DNA of 63,789 nt from Octopus bimaculoides (taxonomy: Eukaryota), in the NCBI RefSeq assembly GCF_001194135.2, contig NC_068981.1:36788654-36852442 (forward strand), written 5' to 3'. This document shows, piece after piece, positions 39,901 through 53,480 of this stretch. Positions within the stretch are counted from its first letter, which is position 1; every line of letters starts with the position of its first letter. The notes beneath the pieces are model-generated. The model was not told the DNA's origin. It saw only the letters and a list, made by a program, of their open reading frames with translations, and did no database searches. The position numbers were made by a program, and so were the translations under genes.

Positions 39901-41139
39901 AACTAAAAGCGATTTTGCAATTTCAAAATGTTTCACAACCTTAACATGAGCCATATTTACTGACAGGCAAAACAATTTTTTTATAAAAACCTGTTGATTT
40001 TTGTTACTTTTCTTAGGAATGCTGTTTTCATCATTTTCATTATTATTTGAGTAAATCCATTTTTTTTTTGTTTACACATAATAGGCACACACACACATGA
40101 ATGCATGCACGTGCATACACACACACACGCATGCACGCGCACACGCACACACACACGCACACACACACACGTGTATATAAAACAAACAAATAGGAATTAT
40201 GGAATTTTCAGAAAACACTTGTCAAAGTAAGCAAACAACACCTTGTACTGGCAGACAGCAAGATGAACAGAAGAATACATTACATGATTGCATAACATTA
40301 CTTAGAGTCTCACTTCTCCAGTCCTCATTTATGTAATAATCTAGAAAGATGTTAAAGAACACACATCTGATGTAGATAGCAACCTTACTGGTCATAATCA
40401 AATTAGTCTTGATTGGTAGCTTCTCTTGGTTCAGTTATTATTAATTGCTTGCTATACTATTCACATTTCTCATTCAAGCAAACAATCCATCATCAAAGCA
40501 CTTCCATCCCTCTATAAGTTATGAAAACCCTACCAGTGAAGATTTAAACAAATTTCTCTCTGGTAACATCCTGCTTCATACAAACGTTTTTGTTAGTAAT
40601 TCATAACAGCTTATACTTCTCTTTCACAGTGCAGAATGGAGTGTAGAACATTAGCAAATCTTTTATGCTCCATTTCTCAAATGGGAAAATATAATATAAT
40701 ATAAAATAAAATAATATAATATAATATAATATAGATGTATATATATATATATATCATTTTATGTCTCTTTTCCATAACTGTATGGTTTAAATGGCTCTCA
40801 AGTGTCTCACCTGGCTGTTGGTATTAAAAAAAACTATCCATGACAGGACAAAGTAATTCCTGCTATTTGGTATCAGTTTTATTTGCAGTTACTACTTTCT
40901 TCAATAGCTTACAATACAGCTTGGTGGTGGTAGGCTTGGTTTTTCCATAACTAAGTGTTATATATATTTAGTTATTAAGTCATTTGTTAAAACATTTTAA
41001 AACTGTTTGGAATTTTTAACAGTAAGGTCTTTTCTATCTGATTTCTTGTGTAATAGTAATGGATTATAGCAAAATAATTGAAGGCAGAATCTTCTAGTGA
41101 GCCATTAATACAAAGCAAAGTAATTGCATAAAAAAAAAG

Positions 41140-41480
41140 AAACTTCTGTTAATCTGGCCCACTATGTGCCATCTCTACTTTCTGCTTTTTCTATCACTAC
41201 TGTAATGGCCTCTACTCCTCAGATCTGGCTGGTCTCACACCACCTGTACTCAAGCACTCTCAATTTATTCATCTTACCTTCTCTCATTGCTCATGTTGCA
41301 CCCAAACTCTTAGACTCAGCACTAATCACTATACCCAATCTTTTCTTCTGAGTATGTCAGCCCTCTGAAATTCTTTCCCTGCACTTGTCAACTTGCAACA
41401 TTTTAAACAGAATTTTAATGTTATTAGTCTTACTTGCTTCAAATTCCTACAGGGGTCATAAGAATAACCCCTTTCTTCAA
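41140..41480 (+). mobile_element. CR1/Jockey-type LINE C-terminal remnant
   Basis: FFYHYCNGLYSSDLAGLTPP-type motif (cf. LFY.Y..G.CS.EL...P). Confidence 0.55.
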
Positions 41481-42661
41481 ATCAGACTAATATTAAAGAA
41501 ATATATGTGTATGATGAAGCTAAAGGTTGTCATTTTAGATAGTGTTACTGTTTATATTCAGTGTGAATGTTATCTCTGTTCAATGTATTTCTATTAGAAT
41601 GAATAAGCTTCTTAGTTGATATGATGATCTTTTCCTATTCAAAAGTTATCAATAATACTTGATACTTTTTCTTTTTATTTCTAAGTAAGAACATTTTTCT
41701 TTGCCAAGACTTCAGGGTCTTAGACAACTTTGAATATATATATAAATGGAACTGTAAATATTCTAAAGCAACAAGAATTCTCTAGATCTGATTTCTCTGT
41801 TTATTCTCTACTGCCAATTGTTAATGTGTCAAAACTTAGGCAAAGAAGCCAATAACAAACAAATGCTATGTGCTTCTAGTTAAAGTAACCAAAAATTCGT
41901 TGATATAACTGAAGCATTTTCTCCTTTTAGTAATCACCTAGCAATAACAATAATATCCAGATAACCTTTTGATATAAGTGTTATCAATCTTGTTAGATTA
42001 CTGAATGTACCAATGAACTTATTCTAAGAAGTCAGTGACACTTTGCTGACCTATGAGCAATTAGGCTGCCTGACAAGATTTCTCTTGAATCCTTGTTATG
42101 CTCATCATTGATATATAAATTGTTGAGATCATATAAACTGACATGGCTATTAACAATCATTAAAACTAGATAAATTTAGACGTCTACAAATCTTTAAATT
42201 ATTACAGATTATTCCTATTTGAGATGAGTGCAAAGTATAATTATATCTATTGATATAGATTAGGTTTTCTTTTACTATCCCATTCGCAATATTGAAAGAT
42301 AGAATATTTATAAACATCATCGTGTAGAAGTTATAAGCTGATCCCTTTACCTACAGTTTCTTAGCACATATATTCAGCTAGGTTTTTGAGATGTGAAGGG
42401 TTCCTTTTTAAACTGTAAAAATTCTCCATTTCTATTATCTATAAATATTGAAACAAACATTTAAAAAAAAAATATTTCTTAGATATTTAACAGCTCTCAA
42501 GAAATACAATGGCAGCATAGAAAAGGTCATGGATCATATGTTCAAAATTTCATGGTAGTCTTTCAATGTGTCACTTAATTTCATTTGACTTATAGTAGAT
42601 TCTCAGTAATGATATAAACTTGTGACAGGCTTTGTTATTAATGCAATTAAGATAGTTAATA

Positions 42662-43745
42662 CATCATCATCATCATCATCATCGTTTAACGTCCGCCTTC
42701 CATGCTAGCATGGGTTGGACGATTTGGCTGAGGACTGGTGAAACCGGATGGCAACACCAGGCTCCAATCTAATTTGGCAGAGTTTCTACAGCTGGATGCC
42801 CTTCCTAACGCCAACCACTCAGAGAGTGTAGTGGGTGCTTTTACGTGTCACCCGCACGAAAACGGCCACGCTCGAAATGGTGTCTTTTATGTGCCACCCG
42901 CACAAGAGCCAGTCCAGGGGCACTGGCAACGATCTTGCTCGAAAACCCTACAAAGGCCAGTCAGGCGGTATATATATATATGTCTGTATGTATTGTCGTC
43001 GTTGTNNNNNNNNNNNNNNNNNNNNNNNNNNNNNNNNNNNNNNNNNNNNNNNNNNNNNNNNNNNNNNNNNNNNNNNNNNNNNNNNNNNNNNNNNNNNNNN
43101 NNNNNNNNNNNNNNNNNNNNNNNNNNNNNNNNNNNNNNNNNNNNNNNNNNNNNNNNNNNNNNNNNNNNNNNNNNNNNNNNNNNNNNNNNNNNNNNNNNNN
43201 NNNNNNNNNNNNNNNNNNNNNNNNNNNNNNNNNNNNNNNNNNNNNNNNNNNNNNNNNNNNNNNNNNNNNNNNNNNNNNNNNNNNNNNNNNNNNNNNNNNN
43301 NNNNNNNNNNNNNNNNNNNNNNNNNNNNNNNNNNNNNNNNNNNNNNNNNNNNNNNNNNNNNNNNNNNNNNNNNNNNNNNNNNNNNNNNNNNNNNNNNNNN
43401 NNNNNNNNNNNNNNNNNNNNNNNNNNNNNNNNNNNNNNNNNNNNNGTTCAGGGGCACCGGCAACGATCTCGCTCGAAGAAATTTCATGTGTCACCAGCAC
43501 AAGAGCCAGTCCAGGGGCACTGGCAATGATCTCGCTCGAAAAACCTCATGTGTCACCCACACAAGAGCCAGCCCAGGGGCACCGGCAACGATCCCACTCG
43601 GAAGATTTCATGTGTCGCCCGCACATGAGCCAATCCAGGGGCACTGGCAACGATCCCGCTCGAAAGACTTCATGTGTCGCCCGTACATGAGCCAGTCCAG
43701 GGGCACTGGCAACGATCCCATCCCGCTCAAGGCATTTCATGTGTC
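42662..43745 (-). mobile_element. RTE 3' module with expanded 62-bp minisatellite, spanning a gap
   Basis: (CAT)n + tttaacgtccgcc...ctggatgcccttcc; unit starts (gagcc) at 42906, 43503, 43565, 43627 and 43689. Confidence 0.9.
43006..43445. other. assembly gap (N run)
   Basis: N run between minisatellite-containing flanks. Confidence 1.
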
Positions 43746-44451
43746 AGAATAGATATAAACTTCCAGTCATATAAGTCTGCTATGTGGTTTTGGATTCCTC
43801 TTATGGTTAATTTCAGTTCACCTAGAATAGAAAATATAAACCTCACACACCATTTTACCTTTTACTACAAATCTCAGACCTTACAGCAATAAATAAATGT
43901 TATCAGTGTAGATAATGTAATGTAAGCTAGTGCAGACTTTAGAGCTTATTCAAATGTCTATGCTGAAGCTCCTGCATCTATATGACCTTATATGTCTTTC
44001 ATCCCTTTGTAAAAAAGGGATGATAAATAAGTGCTTATAAAATACTGAGTTGGTTCAATTGAATATGCATTATATCCACTTTAAAATAAATGTTCTAAAG
44101 TTTCAGAAATGAGTAGCCTTGAATAAAAATTTTTGAAATGAAATCAAAATTAACCAAGACTGATGCTGCTTATATATTGGCATAGTAGTGATGCTGTGTA
44201 GGTGGCATTGTGGTGGCAATGCTTTGGAAACGATATTGTAAAGGTGATGTGAGGCACTACTTGTATAGTGGATGTGGATGTGATGTTTTGAGACTGGTGC
44301 TGTATAGTCAATGTTATGGCAGTGCTAATATGGTGGTGATGTTGTGCAAGGGACGTTGTAAATGGACGGTTATACTGTTAATGTTTTTGTATGGAAGTAG
44401 ATTTAATGTAGCAATGATGATATATCAATTATTTTGTGGATTCTGATACCT

Positions 44452-44613
44452 TAATAATAATAATAATAATAATAATAATTAATTCGTTTTATTGGCCACA
44501 AGGGCTAATATCAATTAAAGACATATAAGGACAAAGACAGGACGAAGGTTACAAAAGGTTTTGTCCGAAAAGGTAGGAAAGTTCGTCTAAACAGAGGAAG
44601 AAAACGGAGAAGG

Positions 44614-44661
<48 letters not shown>

Positions 44662-44684
44662 TAATAATAATAAGAAGAAGAAGA
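44452..44684 (-). repeat. (TAA)n arrays enclosing a ~135-bp retroelement 3' tail
   Basis: TAA arrays at 44452-44479 and 44617-44673; insert reads on the minus strand ...ttagcccttgtggccaataaaacgaatt(att)n. Confidence 0.7.
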
Positions 44685-45147
44685 AACTAAACTAAATGCG
44701 AAAGAAATAGACAGAGAAAAATCCCAGCAATTGTTGAGAAGCTCAGGACTCAAAGTAGAGACTGAAGGATTTTTAATTGCTGCACAAGACTAAAGCCTCC
44801 CCACCAGAAATTACCAAACACATATAATGAAAAGAAACATAACAAGTAACTGCAGAATATGTAGAGATGGACAAAAAACAATAAATCATATTATCTCTGG
44901 CTGCCCAGTCCTGGCTAAGAAAGAATATATTCACAGACACGACAGAGCTGGGACCTACATACACTGGAAGCTATGCCAACACTATAGAATAACAACAGAA
45001 AAAAGATGGTATAGCCAGAAAAGGTCACAGAAAACGAGAAAGCAACCATATTCTGGGATATGCCAATACACACAAATAGAGAAATTAAGGCCAATAGGCC
45101 AGATATAGTTGTCAGAGATCATGAAAAAAAAATGTTTTCTAATTGAT
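44685..45147 (+). mobile_element. R4/Dong-like site-specific LINE fragment (CCHC + restriction-like endonuclease)
   Basis: LKVETEGFLIAAQD, CRIC...TINHIISGC, EYIHRHD, IHWKLC, FWDMPIHTNREIKANRPDIVVRD...CFLID. Confidence 0.9.
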
Positions 45148-45499
45148 TTTTTCCTGTAATTTACTTTGTCCTTCAGTTTTAAAAGATGACCAATCCAATG
45201 AGATCAAAACTTATGTGCTGCATCTAAGGAAAGTTTTTTGAGACTTGTTGAGTTGCAAGAAAATCAACAGTAGAGCTATCCTTGCAGAATTGATCAGTGC
45301 TGGTTATTGCTCAATAAGGATTTCTGGAGAGTGATATAGAAGACTATACTCCAAAGAAGTACATTGAAGTCAAGGATATATTGGAAATGCTCAAACATTC
45401 AGTATTTAGGCATTCTTCCTTGCTCTTATATTCTGGATCAAAGTAGCACACAAAGCTTTATTTACAGAAAAATAGTCTAGATAGGATAATGGCATCTCA

Positions 45500-46110
45500 T
45501 TTAATCACCTTTTAAAAGAATTATATGAAGAATATGCAAAATAATATGAATATCACTTCAAACAGATTGGAAATAAAGCAAGTGAGATGAACTGAGATGT
45601 GATATTAATACAGAAAACAAGTAGCAAGGGAATTTAAATGAAAAATTTCTATGAAGGAATTTTAGATGCTCTTAAAATACTCCTGATTGAATCCAACTTA
45701 ATGTTCTTTGATTCTGTTATAATGCAGGTAAAAGATTTGAGCATCTTAAAAAGGTGACTTCCAAATTTATTCCTCTAAATCTCAAGCATTTTGACAATGT
45801 TAATAATGTAAAAAACAAACTATTTTTAACAGACATATACTCAGATGCTACCCATAGTCAACCTGATATCATGCAAGATTTTTGTTCACTCAAAGACATA
45901 TACAAACGATAATGATTACTAGCAGTAAGACACATTAAAGTTCAAGAAACTGATGTTAATATACTTAAATTTATGATGACTAATGATGATAAAAGTTCCA
46001 TTTATTGCAATCAGTTCACATTGCATCACATTTTTCTGACCTTACCAATAACTACTTGCAGTTGTGAAATGATCCTTTAATTAGCTAAAATGCATAAATG
46101 TTTAGATGGG
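45500..46110 (+). mobile_element. decayed hAT C-terminal (dimerisation) remnant
   Basis: IFLTLPITTCSCE..F..LKCI at about 46030-46100. Confidence 0.55.
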
Positions 46111-46279
46111 AGTATATTTTCCAGTTTAACCACCTTTCTCTCATGCTCTAATCATCCATACTGCTTCTATTCATGCCTCTTTTGCTCACATCAATATCAT
46201 TCTCATTTCTTTAACGATCTCTCAAGTTTTCTCTCTCACTGTACCTGGTTGCTTATGCTTGCATGAAAAGTGGGTGTAT

Positions 46280-47181
46280 AATGATGATCTCACACACACA
46301 CACACATACACATGCATGCATGCACACACACACACACACAATCCATTAATATGTACATATATATATATATTGATGTATGTGTGTGTGTATATACATACAT
46401 ATGTATGTACATACATATGTACATATATACATACAGACATTACACACACACACATTTTTTATGCATGTACACATGTAGATGTATATATGAGGTTCTGTGT
46501 GGTTTTGGTTTGTGTATGCATGTTTATCTGCTTGTGTCTACATTTATTAATATGTTAGGATTTAAAATTTCATATCTTCATTACAAGAGTTTGAAGATAG
46601 CTGAAGGCACTCATGAAATGATTGCCCTCCGGTGTAAAAATTTAAATGTTAATAAATATATATAAACTTTATCTTATGTATTACCAAATCAACAATTCTC
46701 TTACACACACATGCACACACACACACTCTCACACACATTCTCACACATGCACACACACACACAAATACACACACACAAACAACACACACAAACACACACA
46801 CACAAACACACACACGTACACACACTCACACACACAAACACACACGCTCTCACTCTCACACACACATGCACACACACTCACACATACACACAAACACACA
46901 CACACACACACACACATTCATCATCGTTTTAATATTCACTTTTCAATGCTGGCCTGGGTCAAGCAAACTTTGAAACTTTGTTAAGATAATTTTTCCATGC
47001 CTAGGCAAGCTTTCACAAAAGATCGCAAACAAATGACAACTTGTATGATGGTAATTATTGTTTACTATTAGTGTGCTTAGGTCAGGGCAAAGGAGATATG
47101 CAGACACACACACACACACACACAAACATATGCATGCACACACACACATGCACATGCACGCACGCACACGCACGCACGCGC

Positions 47182-47216
<35 letters not shown>

Positions 47217-47230
47217 CACACACACTCACT
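46280..47230. repeat. compound (CA)n/(TA)n microsatellite blocks
   Basis: Visible tracts. Confidence 0.9.
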
Positions 47231-47739
47231 CACCCAGTAAAGCAGAAAAGAAAAGTCAAATAGTTTGGTAAGACTTGACAAAGATACTTAATTTGTATAA
47301 TAAACGGTTTAGATAGTCTCCAACTGTAGTTTCTAGAATATTCCAGCTATTGGAATACCGTTCGAGTGAGGATTCCATAAGCTGAGTATGCAGTTATCAG
47401 GGAAAGATTGGTTAAATACATATAATTGTGGAAGAATATTCTTCATTAATGATAATTATTATGGTTCCTTATATCTCGAAAGGGAGGAGAAATCCGGTTA
47501 AAATGGATTTTCATTAGGCAAATCTATGAACAGAAAGAATGATTTGGTAGTAACCTATGGCAAGGTAAATGGATTCTAGCAGTTCCAGAGTTGGATACCA
47601 TTGTCTGTTAAATTTGTGAACAAAACATTTCTGTACGAAATTCTACTGGCAATAAACATGTGTGTGGTTGAGTTATCCTGCTTAGATCAGTTCTGTTTGC
47701 ATCTAAAATGGTTCAGCATGTAATCAACTGCTTTTCTCT

Positions 47740-48805
47740 AGTTAGTAAATGGGGAATTCCATGCTTCAACACGAACTTCTTCTGATGATAACACTGACTA
47801 ATCATCTCTTTCTTTGGAGTTTAAGAAGATCTCCGAATCAAGTAAGTTTTTCAGGATTCTTACTCTTCTGGCTAGGCAAAGCTTACATAGTTTACTCCCA
47901 TTTCTTATAGGAGCTTCCATTTAATTACGTATGGTGGACTCTCTTCTTTTAAATGGCATACATAATGAAGACAATGTTCGAGTGGACCCTCTGTACATCT
48001 GATATATTTCTGTATCTGTGTTCTTGTGCTGCTGGTGTTACAACAGCTGTTGTTGCTCTTGTTACCACTGACATTCCTGTTGTCACTGTTGGATTCGTTG
48101 CTGCTGCCATTGTTGGTGTTATTGCTGGATGTGATGCTGGTGCCGTAGTTGCTACCATCACAGCCGTTGTTGCTGCTACTATCAGATGCATTGTTGATGC
48201 TGTTGTTGATGCTGTAGCTATCACTATTTCCACCATTGCTGCCACTACTGCTGCCACTACTGCTGCCACTACTGCTGCTACTACTGCTGATGCACTGCTG
48301 GTGTTGCTGCCATCACCACTGCTGCTACTGCAATTACTGTTGCTGTTGTTAACAAAGACTGTTCTTAGTACTATTATTGTTGCTGCTATCAACGCTGCCG
48401 CTGCTGCTGCCACTACTGGACACTGCTTCAGCCTCATAAACTACATCATATCCCTCCACCACCACTGGGCACTCATTGCTACCTCTGTGTGGGGTTTAGG
48501 GGTGTTGACATTGAGTAAGAAGGGTGGGGCAAAACAAATGACTTTACAGTGGTTCTTTCTTTTGTGGGTGTTAGGACCCAGCACATAGAAGATGTGGTCC
48601 TTAAACACACTGGATGCCAAAGCCTCATTATAATAAGAGCTTATAGTGTCGAAAATTTCTTTGCCAGAAACCAGGTCTGAAATCCTGTTACTAACACCTT
48701 TCACTAAGTTCTTGAACATGATAGGTGGGTGACAGGAGATTGTGTTACTGTTCTATTTGGTTTGTGGTGGGACCTGTTTGTACAGGTACCCAGGTCCAGC
48801 ATCAC
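47740..48805 (-). mobile_element. second Penelope-like fragment (RT C-terminus + GIY-YIG)
   Basis: Minus strand: HPPIMFKNLVKGVSNRISDL...YYNEAL...VICFAPPFLLNVNT (ORF 48441-48719), ECPV...VVYEAEAV, low-complexity insert, CTEGP, KWKLL, CKLCLARRVRI, FLNSK, ISQCYHQKKF. Confidence 0.85.
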
Positions 48806-49420
48806 ATTTGGAGCTGTGGGATGGTGCCAAGTTCTGTTGAAAGCTCCAAGGTGTGCCGTGAAAGGGCTCATTCACCCATAGAAGCAGTTCAGTTTCCAGA
48901 ATATCACTAATGTATTGCTGGGTCTTAATTTTAATACCTGAGGGCACACAAACGAGGAGAGACCTTCCAGTGTCTCTCACAGCTGCCTAAATCATAACAG
49001 ACTGTGGATTTTGATGTCAATTTACGAGTCTACCCTCGACAGAACCAAAGTCGGTCATCTGGTGGTTTACTGTCTGTTCGATGTCAAATTTCTTTTTATC
49101 AGTGAACACCAGGTTGGGCAGTGTACCTTCAGCAATCTGATGCAGGATAAGACAACTTCACTCCAGTTTCATGGCCTTGTAGACTTGTGTGAGCTCATCT
49201 CAGTAGTAGGGATGGGTCCTGAGATCTTTCTTCAGCACTCTATACATTGATGTTCAGCTGATTTTAGTTGTGACAGCCAGTTTTCTGACAGAGTGACAAA
49301 GATTTCACCATATCTTTCTTCTGGTACCTTTGATACGCTGAGGGGTCCACATACTTCTTTTTTGGCCACATCCAGATTGATCAGCAGTGAAACCAGTCTC
49401 TTGAAACTTCTTGGCAATTT
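48806..49420 (-). mobile_element. DD37D (maT-type) transposase fragment
   Basis: LVFTDKKKFDIEQ.VNHQ and TGRSLLVCVPSGIKIKTQQYISDILE.ELLLW...F.GTPWSFQQNLAPSH (ORF 48753-48980). Confidence 0.8.
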
Positions 49421-50319
49421 TCCAGACTGTTGTTCAGTTTTAATTTTAAGCTTTTTTGTTATAACTGTATTACTTTTGCTTCCTTTGTGGAGGGCTATGA
49501 TTGTATTTCAGTCTGTAGCCATTATCTACTTCAGAAATCTGAATTTATTTAGTCTGAAACAAAATGAAGACACAGTAAGCTTTTATAGTGTTATATAAGT
49601 TTCATATTGATAGTTACTAAAGCCCTAAACCTCAGTTGCCTTAATTTCAGGATACCTTGTATATATTATAGATATATATATTCCTACTTACACATGTGTG
49701 TGTGTGCATATGTGTCTTCATGTTTTTTTACTCACTGTTTGATCACTGGTGTTGGTCTGTTTATGACTCAGTGACTTAGCAGCTTGGTAAATGTGACATA
49801 TAGAATAAGTTCCACTAAGCCTGAAAAGAGCCATTATCTAGCATGACCATTGTCTAATGACTGAAACAAGTAGTGGAAGAATTCACAAAATGATTCACAA
49901 AAATTTGGATGGAAAAATATGTCACGGTGACAAGATGCTGTAGTGAAATATGATAGATTGAATTTATGAAATCCACCTTGTTTCAGCTCAGTCAGTTTGT
50001 ACTTACATGGAAAGAATATTGCTAGCAGACCTTTTGGGAAAACAACGTTCATAAAACATAAATAGTGTTAATAAAAGGAACAGGAAAGGAAGCTGAAGAA
50101 AAACATTATTTATTTAAAGGGATGAAATCATTTTTCTGTAAGTTCTTAAACTAAGATGAAGCTGTTTGCTGCTAAGACTCTTCCAACCAATTACTCTCCA
50201 TAGATAAACTTTAATAATTTTATATTTAACAATGGTATTCCCAAATGTAGCTAAAAATTTTAGAATGAACAACAATGCTAGAACATTCACACACAAATAC
50301 ACTCTCACACACACACATG

Positions 50320-50467
50320 CATATATTATATATGTGTAAGTGTTTGTGTGCATATACACATACGTGTATATATGTGAAAGTATAAATGTGTGTTTATGTG
50401 TGTGTAAATATATTATTCACATGCGTGTATGTATATATATATGCGTGTCTGTGTGTGAGTATGTATG

Positions 50468-50502
<35 letters not shown>

Positions 50503-50719
50503 ATATACATACATATATATACATATATATATAAATGTATGCATATGTATGTGTACTCACATACATACATATATACAGTTATGGATATATATATATATGT
50601 ATGCATACATATTATATACCCACATATACATATATATATACTTCTGTGTATGCATTTCTGAATATATGTAATAATATGTTTATATATATATATATATATC
50701 TCAGTGTTTGAATGTCTTG

Positions 50720-50795
<76 letters not shown>

Positions 50796-50805
50796 TGTAT
50801 ATGTC
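50320..50805. repeat. compound TA/TG/TATG microsatellites
   Basis: Visible tracts. Confidence 0.9.
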
Positions 50806-51699
50806 TATTCATTCAAAGCCTTTTCTTTTTTTTTTTGTACATCATATTGGCGAAAATTTAGAAGAATTAAGCCAAGCCATCATTTCTATGATAACTGACT
50901 ATTTATTCCCAGAAGGCACATTCAGATGAATATTTATGTTATGTGTCAGATTGTAAATCAAATGTTTTCTTGTTATTTCTTTTCCATTTTTTTCAATAAC
51001 AACTTATTAGTATTCATAGATTCTTCCAACTGTATCAGAATTCTCAGGGGATAGTGTAAGAATTTATGAGATCATTTGTGCAGATATGTTCCATTTCATC
51101 AAGAAATTTGATAACAACCTCTGTGGAAACTTTCCACTTTTATGTTTAATTATAATTCCCACCAAATTTGAAAGAAAAATGCCATTGATGTAATTCAAAG
51201 AAGATAGAAGACAAAATCAAAAGGAAATATAAATGAACTTCATATGAAATATATAAAATATTATGTTTCAGGGAATAAACAGATGAAAATGGTAAAAGGT
51301 TGCAGTTGAAAATTTACTGCTATAACAGCAACAATATCGGGGCAACAGGTAGAATAATCTGGAATAAATCTTGTTTCTTGAACAAGCTATTTATTTTAGA
51401 TTACTAAAAATGCTTGTCAGAGAAAATTTAAAAAAGCTCTTCCTTCACAGTATGATATCAAATTATTTTAGATATGAAACATCAAGAAAATTTCACATAT
51501 TTCAGTTTTTTTACCTTTGATATTCATAAATGCATGACTATATCGCTGTTTTGTTTACTTACTTATTTTCTCAACATGATTCATTATTTTCACTCATTTC
51601 TATATTTAGATTTTCTTATTCTATCATTCCACACATCTGAACCTTTTACAATTATTTCTCTTAATAGTTCAACATTTCTTAATTCATTTCTATATTGTC

Positions 51700-53480
51700 C
51701 TTGATGTCTTCAAAGCTAAAAACACTCCTTGGCCCTCCTACTCATCTCTAATTGAAGCTGTCAATGCAGGAATTGAAACTTTTGTAATCCTTAGCTTTTT
51801 ACATCAACTAACTTTATTCTCTCCTCACCTTCCTGACCAGCACAAACACACTTCAAACACTCATAATTTCTTTAAGAACCAATTTCTATCAAATCATCAC
51901 TATCGCTGCTCCTGTTAACTTGTGTGACTACTACTTTATTATGATTATTCACCATACATGCATAACCTACACTACATTTCTTACATCCTATGATACTTGA
52001 AGTCAGCTGAATGATTATAACTCTACTAATTCTAGGTTTGCTATCCCTGATAACACATGCTTCTTGACCAATCAGAAACATTTCAGTTGGCAACTGAAAT
52101 CATCCCCTCAATCATGTCATAATACATTCCACTTAATAAAAACTGATAGCCTAGACTCATATAGCTCACTGTTATCTGTACTACATCAGTTTAGGTATAT
52201 CAGATAAATTACAATACTTAGAAAATACAACCACGCAGCCTGAATGTTCTCCAATTGCTCAAACTGCAATAAATTCTATTTTGTCCATTGACAAAGACTA
52301 TCAACTAAATTCGTTGAATCCTCCTTTCTTCCATGCTCTACTGTAAAGAAAGCCTCCACATTTGTTGCCCACTTTGCATCCAATGATATACTGCACGCAC
52401 TAGGAAAATCTCCCCCAAACTATCTTCTTCTACTTCACTGGGCTTACTACTATGCATTTATACAATGTAATTATGAAAGTATCCTCAGTTACTTCAAACC
52501 ATCAAACCCACCTGTCCTGACCAATGTTCATTCCATTTATCTGAATCAATACCTCTCAAACGTTGTCCTTGTCCTCTCTCTTCAGGTATATACTCTGATC
52601 TTTGGAAATAAACTACAGTGTGTCTCTTTTCCAAGAAGTGTAATCTCTCTGATGCTTCATGAATTGTTTTATCCAGCATCTTAAAAGTGATGGAGATAGC
52701 CATAAACAACAAATTTCTCCCAACTCTCTCTCCTTTAATGATTATGTATACTTCTTTCTTAAAGCCATATCTACTGGAAACCCACACTACTACGTTTCTC
52801 AATGGACTATCACCTTTGAGAAATTCAATGAAAATTCTGCTGATACTTATGGGCTCCATTCATTTCTCCTCTATTGCAGTTGTCTCTCAGCTTGCACCAT
52901 TGTAGTAAGAGAGTTGTAGCTAGCCTACATTCTGTCATCTCTAGTGTACCCTAGAGTTCAGTTTTGTCACTGACACTCTTTTTCAAAAAACCTACTTGTT
53001 ATCAACTCCAGCAAAACTAAATTCTAATCTTCACCCTGCCCCCTAATCTTCCTTAGCTATGCATCATTCACATTTAACCATATGGAATATCTATGAGTAA
53101 AAATCTGCAATATCCATGAGTAGAAATCACAAAAGCATCCTCCAATGGGTCCATGCCAAATTTTTATTTTTTTTAGCACTACAAAGATAAAATCATAATG
53201 CATATCAAGAAACATTATGGTTCCTCCACCAAATGAACATTAAAAGCGAGTGAGTAGAATTCTCAGGTTCACAATAAATGTTAGATTCCACTAGCAGGAA
53301 AGCCCTCCTGGCAGACACACATCTTCATCACAACTAAAACAGTATTACAAAAATAGCTTTCTCTTTAGAGCTAGAAAATACTTCAGACTCCAATTATATA
53401 TTCTCTACAAATCTCAGATGAGACCTACAATAGACCTAATGCTGCTGCTACTGAATAGAATGACATGTTAGACCACTTCC
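51700..53480 (+). mobile_element. strongly decayed CR1/L2/Jockey-type LINE (endonuclease to RT)
   Basis: Scattered motifs resembling an APE end (SDH-like), KA..F..HFASN and an RT thumb; no intact frame. Confidence 0.45.

Noticed and set aside
43446-43745. CRISPR-like look of the regularly spaced 62-bp array
   Set aside because: There are no unique spacers (whole units are homologous), no cas genes, the context is eukaryotic, and the unit derives from an RTE 3' module.
47949-48588. Ala/Thr/Val-rich 162- and 211-aa ORFs resembling mucin or antifreeze proteins
   Set aside because: They are alternative frames of the trinucleotide insert within the Penelope-like element.
49995-50025. 24-nt minus-strand micro-exon candidate (GLLAIFFP) with a gtaagt donor
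   Set aside because: Such short splice-like matches are frequent by chance; no recognisable protein results.
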